Below, piece by piece: positions 12,901 through 26,326 of a stretch of DNA of 64,000 nucleotides (position 1 is its first letter; each line of letters opens with the position of its first letter). Origin of the DNA: Scenedesmus sp. PABB004 (Eukaryota); the NCBI GenBank assembly GCA_014905635.1, contig JABVCE010000002.1, forward strand, positions 62,001-126,000, written 5' to 3'. The position numbers were made by a program, and so were the translations under genes. The notes below the pieces were generated by a model, which searched no databases, was not told the origin of the DNA, and worked only from the letters and a program-made list of their open reading frames with translations.

Positions 12901-13166
12901 CTCCACAGGCCGAACGAGGTTGGGGTGCGTGCCCAGCGCTGCGAGCGCGAGGCACTCCCTCTCCATCATGCTGACCACCCAGGCGGGCGCCGCCGCGGCG
13001 TCGCAGGTCTTGACGGCCACGCGGGCGCCGCGCGGCGCGCCCGGAAGCCCGCCATCCGGCCGCGCCAGCCAGACGCTGCCGCTCGCGCCCGCCCCAAGGC
13101 GCCGCAGCGCGGTGTAGCCTGCCCCCAGGTCCTCTCGGTCCCCCGGCTGCCAAAGCAGGCCAGCAT
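12901..13166 (-). pseudogene. Duplicated, frameshifted exon 1 of the Ser/Thr kinase
   Basis: Copy of 11014-11280 with a 1-nt deletion after MLACFGSRG; kinase exons 2-3 absent. Confidence 0.85.
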
Positions 13167-13929
13167 GGCGCCCCCGGCCGCCCTGCCGCGTTGGGCCGGC
13201 GGCCGGCGCGTTGCGTGCGCAGCCTCAGTTACAGAGTTGTGGCGCCGTTGGTGGCGCGGGCGGGGGGCGCTCTGACCGGAGCAGTCAATGCATGCGGCAT
13301 CTTTGACGGCATCTATGGGTTTTTCGCTGGTGCCGCGGTTCAGTCCCGCTGCACGCAGCGCGCGCTGCCGGTCAGCCGCGGGGCGCCGACTCGGGGCGGC
13401 GACCCGGGAGACCAAACTTGTGCGCCGCGCGCGCGGCGGCGCGGCTTGGCGCGGAGTCAAACGATCGCGCACGGGACCGCCGCGGCATCTTTGCCGGTGA
13501 AGCCCCGCACGCTGCGAAGCGGGCACCCGCGCGTCGGGCGGCGCGTGGGCAGGCTGGTGCGGCGGCCGCCGCCCGGCCGGGCAGTGCGTCGCTGCCGAAC
13601 GCTCGCGAGCTGCGCCGGCGGCGGCGTGCGTCGTCAGCCGCGCTGCCCCTGCCCTGGCTGGCTCGCACCCGCGAGCTGCGGGCTGATCAGTCATCACCGA
13701 CGTGCACGTTGCTGCCCAGCGCGCCAGCCGCCGACGCGCGCGCACGCGGCCGCCGCCCGCGCGGGCGGCGGCAGCAGCGCCGCTGCCGGTAGAACTCTGG
13801 CTCGCGCCGGCTGGCCACGCGCCTGCTCGGGCGCCGCCTGCCAGCCTGGTGGCACGCTGGTCCGCTGCAGCCTGAGGGCCGCGCGGGCGGCACAGGCAGC
13901 ACGCAGCAGCAGCAGCAGCCCAGCGTGGG

Positions 13930-14499
13930 CGCCCTGCGGCGGCGAGGCAGCTCAGCTAGCGGCGGCGCCGGCGCGCGGCGCGCCGACGCGCGCGGCGGAG
14001 GCGCCGCCTGGCGCGCGGCTCGGCCGCGCCGAGCGCGCGCGTGCCTGTGCGTGCCCTGGCGTGCGTGCCCTGGTCGCGCCTGTGCGTGTGGCAACTGCTG
14101 GCTGCCTGCAGGTGAACAGGCAAGCAGCCGGGCCGCCGCGCGTGCCGCAAAGCCGCGGCACCGAGACGCGCCCCGCCGCCCGACCGCCTGCTGCCGAGCT
14201 GCTCCCCGAGCCCAGTCCGCCGCCCTCGCGACCGCCCCCGCTCGCTCCACTTGTGAGCGCACCCGCAGCAGCCCCGCTGTGCACCGCGGCGCGGCCGCCG
14301 CCGTCGACAGCAGCGCGCGGCGCCGGCGCGCCCACGCGCAGCCAGGGCTGGGTGCGCCGCTCGCCCCGCGTGCCACGGCAGCAAGCGTGCGGGTTCCTGG
14401 CCCGGAGCCGCGTGTGGACCGGCCGCCGCGAGCGCGCGCCGCGCCGCCGCGGCAGCAGCGGCAGCAGCGCCGGCAGCGGCGCGCGCTGCCGAGCACATG
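13930..14499 (+). repeat. 5'-flank cassette family 1, copy B (ends in the F-box gene ATG)
   Basis: Same blocks; ends GGCAGCGGCGCGCGCTGCCGAGCACATG, identical to the context of the ATG at 26324. Confidence 0.88.
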
Positions 14500-15149
14500 G
14501 AGCAGCTGGACGCCGTGCTGCTGGAGAGCGTGCTGGAACAGCTGCCACCCGCCGCACTGGCCGCGGCACAGGCAACGTGCCGCGCGTGGGCGGCGATCAT
14601 CTCCGAGCGCGAACTGTGGCGGCCCCACGCGCTCGGCGGCGCGCCCAGCGCATCGGTGGGGGCGCAGGAGCAGCAGCGGCAGCAGCGGCAGCAGCAGCGG
14701 CAGCAGCACCCGGTTGACTGGCGCCGTGTCGGCCTGCACCGCGCCGCCGCGCGCAAGTGGGGCGCCGGCGCGCTGGCGCTGTCGTTGACGCTGAACGGGC
14801 ACGGCGGCCGGGTGACATGCCTCGCGGTGCTCGGCGAGAATTGCATCACGGGCAGTGAGGACCGCTCCGCGCGCGTGTGGGAGCTGCCACGCTGCGCGCC
14901 AGCGGCGCCGCCGGCGGGCGGCCGCCTGCGCCACGTGCTGCGCCTCGTCGAGGCGCCGGTCGCGGTTGGGCTGCCCAGCGTGAGCCTGGCCATCACGGCG
15001 ACGCCACGCACTGCGCAGCTGTGGCGGGAGGGCCAGGCGCTGCGGAGCTTTGAGCCGCTGCCCGTGAGTGCCCCCCAGCCCCACCCTCGCTGGCGCCCGC
15101 CCCCGCGGCGCGGCCGCCGAGCGCTTGTGGGCACGCTGAGCGCTGACCA

Positions 15150-15200
<51 letters not shown>

Positions 15201-16188
15201 GCAGGGCGCCGCCATAACGTGCCTCGCGCTCACCGACACGCGCCTGCTGCTCGGCACCAGCGCGGGCGCGGTCCAGCACTTTGACCTCTTCTCAGGCCGC
15301 GCGGCGCTCATCACGCGCCACGGCGCGGCCGTGACGTGCCTCTTGGCGCAGCAGCAGCAGCAGCAGCAGCAGCACCCCGGCGAGGGCGACGACTGGCGCG
15401 TCATGGTCGGCACGCGGGACGGCACGGTCAGCGGCATCGCGTGCGGCACCGGCGCGGTGCTGTGGCAGCTGCCGACGCGCTTCCCGTCGCGCGTGCTGGC
15501 CCTGCACGGCCGGCTTGAGCGCGGGGGCGGGCAGCTGTTTGTGCTCAATGCGCGCGGCCAGCTCGTGTGCTGGCCGCTGCCGCCAGACGCTGGCGGGGCG
15601 CAGCAGCTGTGCCTGCCCACGTGCGACGCGTGCGTGCGCCACGCCGCGCGCGTCGCGTCTGGGGGGCGGCAGGCCGGCCCGCGCCGGGGCGGGGCTGCGG
15701 CGGCCGCCGCCGCGCACGGCGCGGCCGGCAGCGGCGGCGGGGGTGCCTGGCCGCTGGCCGTGTGCAGCGTGGCGCCGGGCGGCGAGCCGGGCAGCGGGGG
15801 CGAGGCCAATCCGGCACGCGCCGAGCCCCTCGCGGCGGCGGCGGGCCTGTGCAGCTGCCTGCTGGGCCCCGAGCTCGGCAGCACCTGCCTCCTGACCTTC
15901 TCGCCTGACAGTATGATGGTGGCGGAGCTGACGCACGCCGCGCCGGCGGCGACCGACGCCGGCGACCGCTGCGGGCGGTGCCTCCGCGCGCTGCGGCTGG
16001 CGGTCGTGCGGCGCGCGTCGCTGCGATCGCTATCCCGGCGGGCCGAGCAGCGCGCTGGCCCAGCCGCCGTGCGCACGGGCGTGGGCGGTTCGGCGGTGAC
16101 GTGCGCGGCGTTCTCGGCGTGCGGCCGGCTCGTGGTCGGGCTGGCGTCCGGGCACGTGTGCGTTCTGCGCACGCGCGCGCCGGCGTGA
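14497..16188 (+). CDS. F-box/WD40-repeat protein
   Basis: N-terminal F-box (LDAVLLESVLEQLPPAALAAAQATCRAWAAIISERELWR); WD repeats (LNGHGGRVTCLAVLGENCITGSEDRSARVWE, AVTCAAFSACGRLVVGLASGHVCV); probable in-frame intron 15064-15204. Confidence 0.85.
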
Positions 16189-16537
16189 GGGAGCTGCGGG
16201 TCAACTCCTGCAGAGCTGCGGGGCAACTCCCGCGCGACGAGGCACACGCCGGAACGCCGCGCGCGCCGAGGGTGCCAGCGCCGCCGGGCGACGCCGTGCG
16301 CGGGCCGCCGCTCGCGCGGCTCTGCGCGTCGCCGCGCCGGGCTACCTCAGCGGTGCCTGCAGCGCTCGTCGGCGAGGGCATTGCAGGGCTCGGGCGCCCC
16401 CGCAAAAAAGCGAGGCCGGTCGGTCGTCACGCGCGCCGCCCAGTCCGGCGTCGCCGCAGTTGCTGCAGGCCACCATGCACGACGCGCAGGCCCGCGCGCG
16501 CTGAGGCGGGGCTCGCGGCGAGGGCGGGCGCGCCACG

Positions 16538-19500
16538 ATGGCGCTGGCGCTGCCGCCAGAGCTCTGCGGCGTGCCCGGCGATGTGCTCAAGGTGGGAGGC
16601 GTGCGATGCGCGCGGGCGCGGGCATCGGCCCGGCCCCGCAGGCGCGGGCGGGGCTCGAATGCGCTCGCCCGGCCCGCGTCCTCGGCGCAGGGCTTCCTGT
16701 CCCAGTTCTCGCGCCTCCTGGTGTGCCAGCTGGCGCCCGACATCCCGGAGACCGCAGTGCAGGCGTCGGTGGACGATCTGCTGGGCAATGCGGGCGCAGC
16801 GGCGCCGGCGCCGCTCGACGTGCGCCTGGAGTTCAAGCACCTCTGCAAGTGCGCGCGCATTCAGGGGAGGGCAATCGCCGCACGCCCGGTGCTGGCCGTC
16901 GGCCGCAGCAGCAGCAGCAGCCGCCGTCGCTGCCGCGGGCGCTGCGGCCGCTCGCGCTGCTGCCGCTGCTGCCGCCGCTGCCGCCGCCGCCGCCGCAGCC
17001 GCAGCAGCAGCAGCAGCAGCAGATGTGGGGGGCCCTGACGCCGCCCCGTCCTCCCGCGCGCCGCCGCCGCCGGCGCGGCCCGGCGCGGCGCAGGTTTGTC
17101 GGCTGCAAGTCGGAGGAGTGCGCGCTCTGCCGCAACAACCCCAGCAAGGTCTGCGACGACGGCGACGTCTTCGACCACCAGTACTGGGTCCGCGACGACG
17201 GCAAGGGCGGGCAGCCAATCCGGTCGCGCTGCGGCGCCGACGTCGCGCTGCAGCTGGTCGAGCGCGGCAGCGGCGCGCCGGCGTACCTGCCGGACGTGCG
17301 CGTGAAGCTGTACGTCATAAACGGCCAGCAGCTCGCCGCGTCGGGCCCCGGCGACCCGCCGGGCGGCCTCTACCTCAGCGACGACGGCCACCCGCTCTTT
17401 GCCGCCGCGGGCGCGGCGCCCGAGCCCGACGGCGGCGTGGCGGTCGACTTTGCGCAGGCGCGCGCGCGCGACCCCGAGCTGAGCGCCGCCCGCCGCGTCG
17501 CGGCCGCGGCGCGCACGTGCACCGACGCGCGCCGCCGCCGCCGGCCACGGCCGCCCGCCCGCCTGCGCGCAGGACGAGCGCCTCGGCCCCGCGGCGGGCA
17601 TCCCCGAGCTGCAGTTCCTCGACAAGAACAGCAAGTTCCGCGTGGGTGGGCGGACGTTCAAGAGCTTCAAGCTCATGGCGCGCGCGCTGCGCCGCGACGC
17701 GGGCACGGGGCTCGAGCGCGTCATCGCGCAGGTGGAGACGGAGAGCTTCAAGGTGCGTGCCTGGGCAAGCCGCGTGCGCCAGCCGGGCCGCGGCGGCGCG
17801 CGCGGCGGGCGGCCCGCCGCGCGCGCGAGGCGGGCGGCGGGCCGTGGCGGCCCGTGCCCCGCGGCGGCCCGCGCGCAGCGGCGACCGCGCGCCGCGCGCG
17901 CCGCGCCGCGGCAGGTGACGACCAAGAAGGGCTACGACGGCTGCCGCAAGGCGGCCTACCTCTACGCGCACGACCCCATCACCGACAAGACGTTTGCCAA
18001 CCTCGGCGAGACGACGATCTCAAACCTCAAGGCCAACTTTGACGGCGTCGAGACGGGTGCGCGCCGCCGGCGCGCCGCGGCGGCCGCGGGCGCGGCGCCA
18101 GCCGCCGGCGCCGCGCCGCGACCGGCGTGCCGCGCCGCGACCGACGCGCCGCGCCACGCCTCGCCGCGCCGCGCAGTGGAGGACCTCATGGCGCTGGTGC
18201 AGGCGGTGGGCACGCAGCCCGAGCTCGAGACGCGGCTGCGCGAGACGCTCAACATGGCGCGCGACACCGAGAAGTGGCGCAACCTCATCCGCATGCTCAC
18301 AGACAAGGCGCGGCATGGCGCAGCGTGCTGCCCGCGCAAGCCGGCCGCGGCCCGGCGCGGCGCCCGCGCGCGCGCGAGCAGGCCGGCCGCGCGCCGGCGC
18401 GCGCGGCCGCGGCGGCCGCGGCGCCGCCGTTGTTGAGCGGCCGCCGCGGCCGCGCCGCGCGGGCGCAGGTGGTGTGGGACGACAGCATGCCGCGCGTGTT
18501 TGTGGTCCCCGGCGCGCCGCGGCCGCTGGGGCTGCTCTTCAGGGCCAACCGGGGCCAGGCGGACTACGCCAACCCGCTGGGTGCGCGCGTGCCTGGCGCG
18601 CGCCGCTGCCGCGAGCGCGTGCGGCTCCGCGCAGCGGCCGCGCGCCGCAGCACCGTCGCGCTGCGCCGGAGCGCCGCGCCGCGCCCGCGCCGCCGCGCAG
18701 GCGTCGTCCTCAGCCAGCCGACGCCATCGGGGCAGCTGCGCGTGGTGCGGCTGACCGACCGCCTCGCGGCGGCGGCGGGGCGGCACGTCGAGGCGCTGCG
18801 CGCGCTGGCGAGCGCGTACTGGCGCTGCCCGCGCCACCCGGGTTGGTCGCTTGCGCCCGACTCGCCGGTGCGGCGCCGCGCGGCGCGGCGGCGCGCTCGC
18901 GCGGCCTGCAGGCGGCGGAGCGCCGTGCGGCCGCGTCGCGGCGGCCGCTGACGGCGCCGCGCCGCGCGCGCACGCGCGCGCGGTCCGCAGGTGTGGGAGG
19001 AGGCCAACGCGGGGTCCATCGCCGAGGCGTTTGCCGAGGTGCTGGGCGGCGGGGACCCCACGGTGCTGGTGGACCTGCACCTCGCGACGCTGCAGCAGGC
19101 GCAGGCGGCCACAGGCCTGGCCATGGGCGCGGCGGGGCTCGTGCGCCCGGCGACGCCCGAGTCGGCGGGCCTGGGCGTGCACGGCCTGCTCGGCGGCGGC
19201 CTCGGCGACGGCGGCTGGGGCGCCGGCGGCAGCCTGGGGCTCGACCTGATGCAGCTGCAGGCGGGCGACGGCCTCGCCGCCGCCACGGCGGCGATGAGCG
19301 GCGGCAGCGGCGGCGCCGGCGTGAGCGACGCCGGCCTGCACTCGGCCGACAGCGCCGGCCGCGCGGCGGCGGCGGCGGCGGCGGCGGGCTTTGGCGGCCT
19401 CGGCATGCGCCACCACGCGTCGCTGCCGGCGGGCGGGCAGGCGGCGGGCGCGCGGGCGCGCGCCAACGCCGGCCTCGGCGGCGGCGCGGTCTCGGCGCCC

Positions 19501-21920
19501 GTGGGCGGCGGCGCCGGGCTCACGCTGCCCAGCGCGCTGCCGCCGGGGCAGGTGTTCAGCGCCGCCGCGCTCGGCGCGGCGCTGCCGAGCCTGGGCGGGC
19601 CGTCGCCGTTTTCGGTGCCCCCGGGCGGCTCGCTGCGCACGACGTCGGGCGGCATGGCCGACAGCGAGGGCGGCATGTCGGTGGGCCAGGTGCCGCAGGC
19701 GCCCGCGTACGGCCCGTCGAGCGGCGTGGGCGTGCCCCAGAGCGGCTCGCTGCAGAGCGCCGGCACGGCCGGCGCGGGCGCGCTGCCGCCGGGCATGGTC
19801 CCGCAGGGCGGCGCGCCGCGGCCGAGCAGCTCCGGCTCGGGCCTGTCCGGCGGCGGCGCGCCGCCGCCGAGCAGCAACACGCTGCTGCTGCAGCGGGCCA
19901 TCATGGAGGGCTGGCCCGCGCCGCAGGTCAAGGCGGTGCTGGACCAGATGTCCGACGACGAGCTGCGCCAGCTCGTGGCCAGCCAGCCCGGCACCGCGGC
20001 GGGCGTGCTCGCGCGCGCGGGCGGCGACGACGCGGCGCTCGGCGGCGGCGGCGGCAGCGGCGGCGGCGGCGACGGCCTGCAGGTCGGCGGCGCGGCGGCG
20101 CCGCACGGCCGCGCCGACGACGGCTCCGCCGGCGCGGCCGCGGCGGCGGCGCTCGCGGCGCTGTTCGCGGACGCCGACGGCACCGTCGCCGCGCCCGGCG
20201 GCGGCGCGCGGGGGTCGTTCGACGTCTCGCTCACCGGCGACCAGCTCAACACGGCGGCGGTGCTCAACCTCTCGGGCGACTCCTTTGCCGGTGCGCGCGG
20301 TGGCCGCGCCGCGACGCCACCGCGCGGCCGCCGCGCGGCCGCGCGCGCGCGTGCGCGTGGCCCCACGGCGCGCCGCCGCGCCCCGCGCCGCTGCGCCGCA
20401 CACACGCCGCCGCAGACCCCGGGCAGTGGGGCGACATCCTGGAGAACCTGCGCCAGCTCTCGAGCAGCAGCGGCGGCGCGGGCGGCGCGGCCGCGGGGGG
20501 CGGCGGGCTGGCGGGGTCGTTCTCGACCGAATGGATCCCCGAGCTGCTGTTCCGGCTGGAGTCTGAGAGCAAGGACAAGGACAAGGCCGCCAAGGCCGGC
20601 GCCGACGCGGCGGCGGCGGGCAGCGGCGGCGGCGGCGGCGGCGGCGCGGCGAAGCCCGACCCGGGCGCCGGCGACGGCGGCGCCGCCGGCAGCTCGGCCG
20701 CCGCGGGCGGCGAGGCCGGCGACGAGGCGGGCGCGGACGGCAAGGCGCGGCGCGGCAAGCGCGAGCGCAGCAAGACCGCTGCCGGGCCCACGGCCGAGCA
20801 GCTGGCGCAGCTCCAGGTGCGGCCGGCGGCCCGGCTCGCTGCGCGCGCGCACCCGCGGCGGCGGCCCGGCAGCCGCGGCCGCGCCGGCCGAGCCCAGCCC
20901 AGCTCCCTCTCACCCCGCCCGCCTGCTGCGCTGCGCAGGCGCTGTTCGCGGCCGACCCCAACCAGCTGCGCAGCCTGAGCAAGGGCGAGGCGCACCTGGG
21001 GTCCTTTGGGCGGCACTTCCCCGTGGCGCGCTGCTCCAGCCAGAAGCAGGACGTGGCGCAGGTGCGCGGCGCGGCGCACGGGCGCCGCTGGGCAGCCCCC
21101 AGCGCTGCCTGCCTGCTCCCCCCCCCCCCAAACAACGCGCGCGCGCGCGCGCGCGCGCTTGCCCCGCCCCGCCGCCGCGCGCCCACACACGCCGCGCCGC
21201 CGCCCCGCAGGGCGCGCAGGTGGCCAACCCCTGGAACCCGGGGCAGGCCATGTCGGCGGCGGGCGTGCCCCCCAGCCCGGAGGTCAGCAACAACGCCGTC
21301 AGCGCCGGCGCCACGCCGCCGCACGGCCGCGCCGTGACGACGCACGCGCCGGGCGCGACGCCGCTGGGCTCGGGGCGCATCGTCTCGATCGGCGGCGCCG
21401 GCCCCGCGACCACGACCGAGGCCGGCGCGGCCGCGGTCGCGGCGGTGACGGGGCAGGCGGCCGGCGACGTGCCCAGCAGCGAGCTGCTGCAGATGCTGGC
21501 CGTCATCGGCGAGGAGGGGCCGCCCCTGGGCGGCGGCAGCGCGGGCGGCGGGGGCGAGGGCATGCTGGCGACATCTGCCGACGCGTTTGGGGCGCACGGC
21601 GGCACGCCCTTCCTGGCGCAGTGCCCCGAGATGACGCACGGCGCGGGGCAGCGCGACACCACGGGCAAGGCGGGCTGGTGAGGCGCGCGCGCGCGCGCGC
21701 AGCGCCGGCGGCACAGCTCGCCGCGCGGCGCGCTCGCCGGCTGACCGCCGCCCGCGCCGCGCCCCGCCCGCCGCGGCCGCCGCGCAGGATCAGCGAGCTC
21801 TTCCGCAGCGGCAGCAGCTGGAGCAGCCGAAGCAGCAGCGGGCTGCACTCGGGCGGCTCGGGCATGATGCACAGCGCGCCCTCGACCACCAGCAAGGGCC
21901 CGCCCGCCGGCGCGGGCTGA
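16538..21920 (+). CDS. CBP60/SARD1-like (calmodulin-binding protein 60 family) putative transcription factor, about 13 exons, long low-complexity C-terminus
   Basis: Spliced core: LQLVERGSG...VKLYVINGQ...GHPLF...IPELQFLDKNSKF...FKLMARA...VETESFK|VTTKKG...RKAAYLYAHDPI...NLGETT...GVET|VEDLMALV...LRETLNMARDTEKWRNLI; motif order matches plant CBP60 as recalled, not searched. Confidence 0.65.
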
Positions 21921-22227
21921 CGGTCCCCGCCCGGGGGCGGCGCCAACGAACGCACACTGCGCGCCCATCGGCGCTTGCACAGGTTGAGACGAGCCCGGCC
22001 GCGCCGCCGGGGCCGCGCCGGTGCGTGACTCTCTGACATTTCGCTGTGACCTGACGGGCGGGGCGGGGCTGGCGGCGCTGGCGGCGCGCCGCGCTTCTTC
22101 TCTTAGCCGCGCCGCCGGGCTGCACTTGACTACACTGCCTGGGCTGGGCGCGCTGCTGCTGGGGGCGGCCGGGGTTTGATGCGTGCTGCGTGCTGAAGAT
22201 CTGGCCAGGTCTGGGCGCGGGCGCCGC

Positions 22228-22232
22228 TGTAA
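22228..22232 (+). promoter_or_regulatory. TGTAA polyadenylation signal (CBP60-like gene)
   Basis: Chlorophyte consensus TGTAA about 300 nt after the stop at 21920. Confidence 0.55.
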
Positions 22233-22815
22233 GCTGTACAACGGACTCTCCACACGCGCTGCTGCGTTGAACGCACGCGGCCGCGCGCGAGCTCGGTAAT
22301 CAGAGAGGCCTCTGCTTACACAGCCCGCATTGCCAACAGAAGAAGAATGATCGACCAACGCATCACAGTACACACGCGCACACAGTGCGCGCGGCGCGCA
22401 GCGCCGCCGTCAGCGGCACGACGACAACGACACGATAGCGCCGCGCCGGGCGCGGCCCGCGGTCCGCAGCGCGCAGGCGCGGCTGCGGGGGCCCGCCCGC
22501 CGCGGCGCCCGCGCTGCAGGCACCGGGCCTCGCCGTTGATTCTCAGGCCCCGCCCGCCGCCGCCGCCGGGTGGCTCCCTCCCGGCAGTCGCTGTCACAAA
22601 AACGCTCAGCGCGCACACACTGCAGCTGCCGGTCGGGGAAAATTGAGTGCTGTGAGGTGGTCTAGGTGGTCTAGGTGTCTAGGAGTACACATGTGCCGCG
22701 GTGGTGCAGCCCAGCACGCGCCCAGCCGCAGCGGCAGCGGCGCCGGCTGGTCCGAGCCGGGCGCCGCCGCGCGCGCTGGCCCCCCGGCGCATGGGCGTCA
22801 TGGCTGCCGCCCGCC

Positions 22816-23426
22816 TCAGAGCATGCTGGTCTGCAGCGCCAGGCTGAAGTGCCACGAGCCGCCGCCGGGCGTGGCAGGCGCCTGCGGCCGGGGCAGGCGG
22901 GACGGACGGGCGGGGCGGGCGGGCGTCGGCGGGCGGCGGCGGCGGGCGGCGGCTGCGGCGGCACGCCCACGCGCCACGCCAGGGATTGCGAGCTGCAGGC
23001 GCGCGCGGCGACACGGCGCGCGGTGCCGGCCAATGCGGCGGCCGCCACACGTGCCGCGGCGGCCGCGGCCACACAGCGGCGGGCCCCCACCTGCTGCCGG
23101 CACAGCGCGTTGCGGCCGTCCCGCAGACCCGTGACCACGGGCGCGGCGGCGCGCTGCAGGAAGACCAGGGGCGCCTCGGGCGAGGCCGGTGGCTGGCGTG
23201 CCAGGGTGCGCCGCTGCGCGCGGCTTCGCCGCGTGGTCGAGAAGTCGGCGCGCGCCTCGTCCGCCTGGCTCTGCAGCATCAGCGCCAGCAGCGCCGTGTC
23301 GCGAGTGGCCGGCACCTGGACGGCATTGCTCGAGGCCAGCACGCGGCTGCCGGTGCTGAGCACCTTGCTGATGGCACCACCGCTGACGAACTTGGGCGCC
23401 ACGCACTCATCCAGGAACAGCGCCAT
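22816..23426 (-). CDS. Hypothetical protein, about 133 aa, 2 exons
   Basis: MALFLDECVAPKFVSGGAISKVLSTGSRVL...NALCRQQ|APATPGGGSWHFSLALQTSML*; coding-like codon use, GT donor ~23089, CAG acceptor ~22882, TGTAA on the minus strand at 22316-22320. Confidence 0.55.
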
Positions 23427-23502
23427 CGGGCCGGCGCGAGCGGAAGGGTGCGCGGCGCGCGCGAGGCGGGGTGTGCGGGCGGGCCCTGCGTTGCGTGTGC
23501 GG

Positions 23503-24410
23503 GCGAGCGGGACGGGTGTCGGCTGCGGGGCGCCGCGGGGCGCGCGGGCAGGGGGATCTGACGCGGCGCCCGTGGCTGAGCCCTATGACCCGGCGCTCGT
23601 TCACACGTGTCGCGGCCCCGCGGCGCACGAGCCAGGCCCCGCGGAGCTGCGGCGATGCGGAGGCGCGCGCGGCGGCCGTGCAGGTGCGTGGCTGCACGCA
23701 CGCGGGCGCCCGCCTCGTGCTGCCTGGCGCCACGTCGTGGCTCCAAGGGTGCCCTCCCTCCACTGCGGCCGTCGCGTGCAGGCACGAAGCAGCAGCAGTC
23801 AAGACCACAGCCTGCGGCGGCGAGGCAGCTCAGCGCTGCTCAGCAAGCGGCGCCGGCGCGCGGCGCGCGGCCGCAGGCGGCGGAGGCGCCGCCTGGCGCG
23901 CGGCGGCCGAGCGCGCGCGTGCCTGTGGCGGTGCGTGCCCTGGTCCCGCCCGTGCGTGTGGCAACTGCTGGCTGCATGCAGGTGAACAGGCAAGCAGCCG
24001 GGCCGCCGCGCATGCCGCAAAGCCGAGACGCGCCCCGCCGCCCGCCCGCCTGCTGCCGAGCTGCTCCCCGAGCCCAGTCCGCCGCCCTCGCGACCGCCCC
24101 CGCTCGCTCCACTTCTGAGCGCACCCGCAGCAAGCCCCGCTGTGCAACCAGCACCGCGGCGCAGCCGCCGCCGTCGACAGCAGCGGGCGGCGCCGGCGCG
24201 CCCACGCGCAGCCAGGGCTGGGGGCGCCGCTCGCCCCGCGTGCCACGGCAGCAATTGCAAGTGTGCGGGGCCTGGGCCCGGGGCCGCGCGTGGACCGGCC
24301 GACGCGAGCGCGCGCCGCGCCGCCGCGGCAGCAGCGCCGCTGCTCGTGGCCGACGAGCACACGACCGTGTGCTGGCGCAGCTGCCTGCTGCTGCTCGCCA
24401 TGGCGGCCGC
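23503..24410 (+). repeat. 5'-flank cassette family 1, copy C (long form), with decayed Nudix-2 exon-1 start
   Basis: Near-identical to 25612-26100 over about 500 bp; ends GAGCAC-ACG-ACCGTGTGCTGGCGCAGCTGCCTGCTGCTGCTCGCCA (ACG where other copies have ATG). Confidence 0.9.
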
Positions 24411-24413
24411 TGA

Positions 24414-25565
<1,152 letters not shown>

Positions 25566-25611
25566 TGGCGACACACGGCTAGGCGGGCGGAGCGTCACGG
25601 CAGCGAGCGGG

Positions 25612-26326
25612 CACGAGCGGGACGGGTGTCGACACTGTGGGGCGCCGCGGGCGGCGCGCGGGATCTGACGCGGCGCCCGTGCTGAGCCCTATGACCCGGC
25701 GCTCGTTCACACGTGTCGCGGCCCCGCGGCGCACGAGCCAGGCCCCGCGGAGCTGCGGCGATGCGGAGGCGCGCGCGGCGGCCGTGCAGGTGCCTGGCAC
25801 GCTGCACGCACGCGGGCGCCCGCCTCGTGCTGCCTGGCGCCACGTCGTGGCTCCAAGGGTGCCCTCCCTCCACTGCGGCCGTCGCGTGCAGGCACGAAGC
25901 AGCAGCAGTCAAGACCACAGCCTGCGGCGGCGAGGCAGCTCAGCGCTGCTCAGCAAGCGGCGCCGGCGCGCGGCGCGCGGCCGCAGGCGGCGGAGGCGCC
26001 GCCTGGCGCGCGGCGGCCGAGCGCGCGCGTGCCTGTGGCGGTGCGTGCCCTGGTCCCGCCCGTGCGTGTGGCAACTGCTGGCTGCATGCAGGTGAACAGG
26101 CGAGGTGCCGGGCCGCCGCGCGTGCCGCAAAGCCGCCGAGACGCCCCCCGCCGCCCGACCGCCTGCTGCCGAGCTGCTCCCGGAGCCCACTGCCCTCGCG
26201 ACCGCCCCCGCTCGCTCCACGTCTCAGCGCACCCGCAGCAGCCCCGCTGTGCACCAACCCGCGGCGCGGCCGCCGTCGACAGCAGCGCCGGCGCTGCCGG
26301 CAGCGGCGCGCGCTGCCGAGCACATG
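25612..26326 (+). repeat. 5'-flank cassette family 1, copy D (upstream region of the Nudix-2 gene)
   Basis: Matches copy C along its length; ends at ATG 26324. Confidence 0.9.

Larger units (their letters stand above)
10871..14022. repeat. Near-identical direct duplication: 10871-~12140 repeated at 12758-~14022 (offset 1887/1886 bp)
   Basis: Long identical strings in both copies, with identical ORF translations (11402/13288, 11532/13418); C6 vs C5 run at ~11253/~13140 changes the offset by 1. Confidence 0.95.

Noticed and set aside
17962..21714. 1250-aa minus-strand ORF and many other long Arg/Ala/Gly/Pro ORFs (e.g. 793-3063, 10867-13275, 34748-37582, 36564-39113)
   Set aside because: Stop codons are rare at this GC content; these are antisense or off-frame shadows of spliced genes with no recognisable domains.
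22645..22685. Short (GGTCTAGGT)-type tandem repeat
   Set aside because: About three degenerate units in a 3' intergenic region; ordinary slippage.
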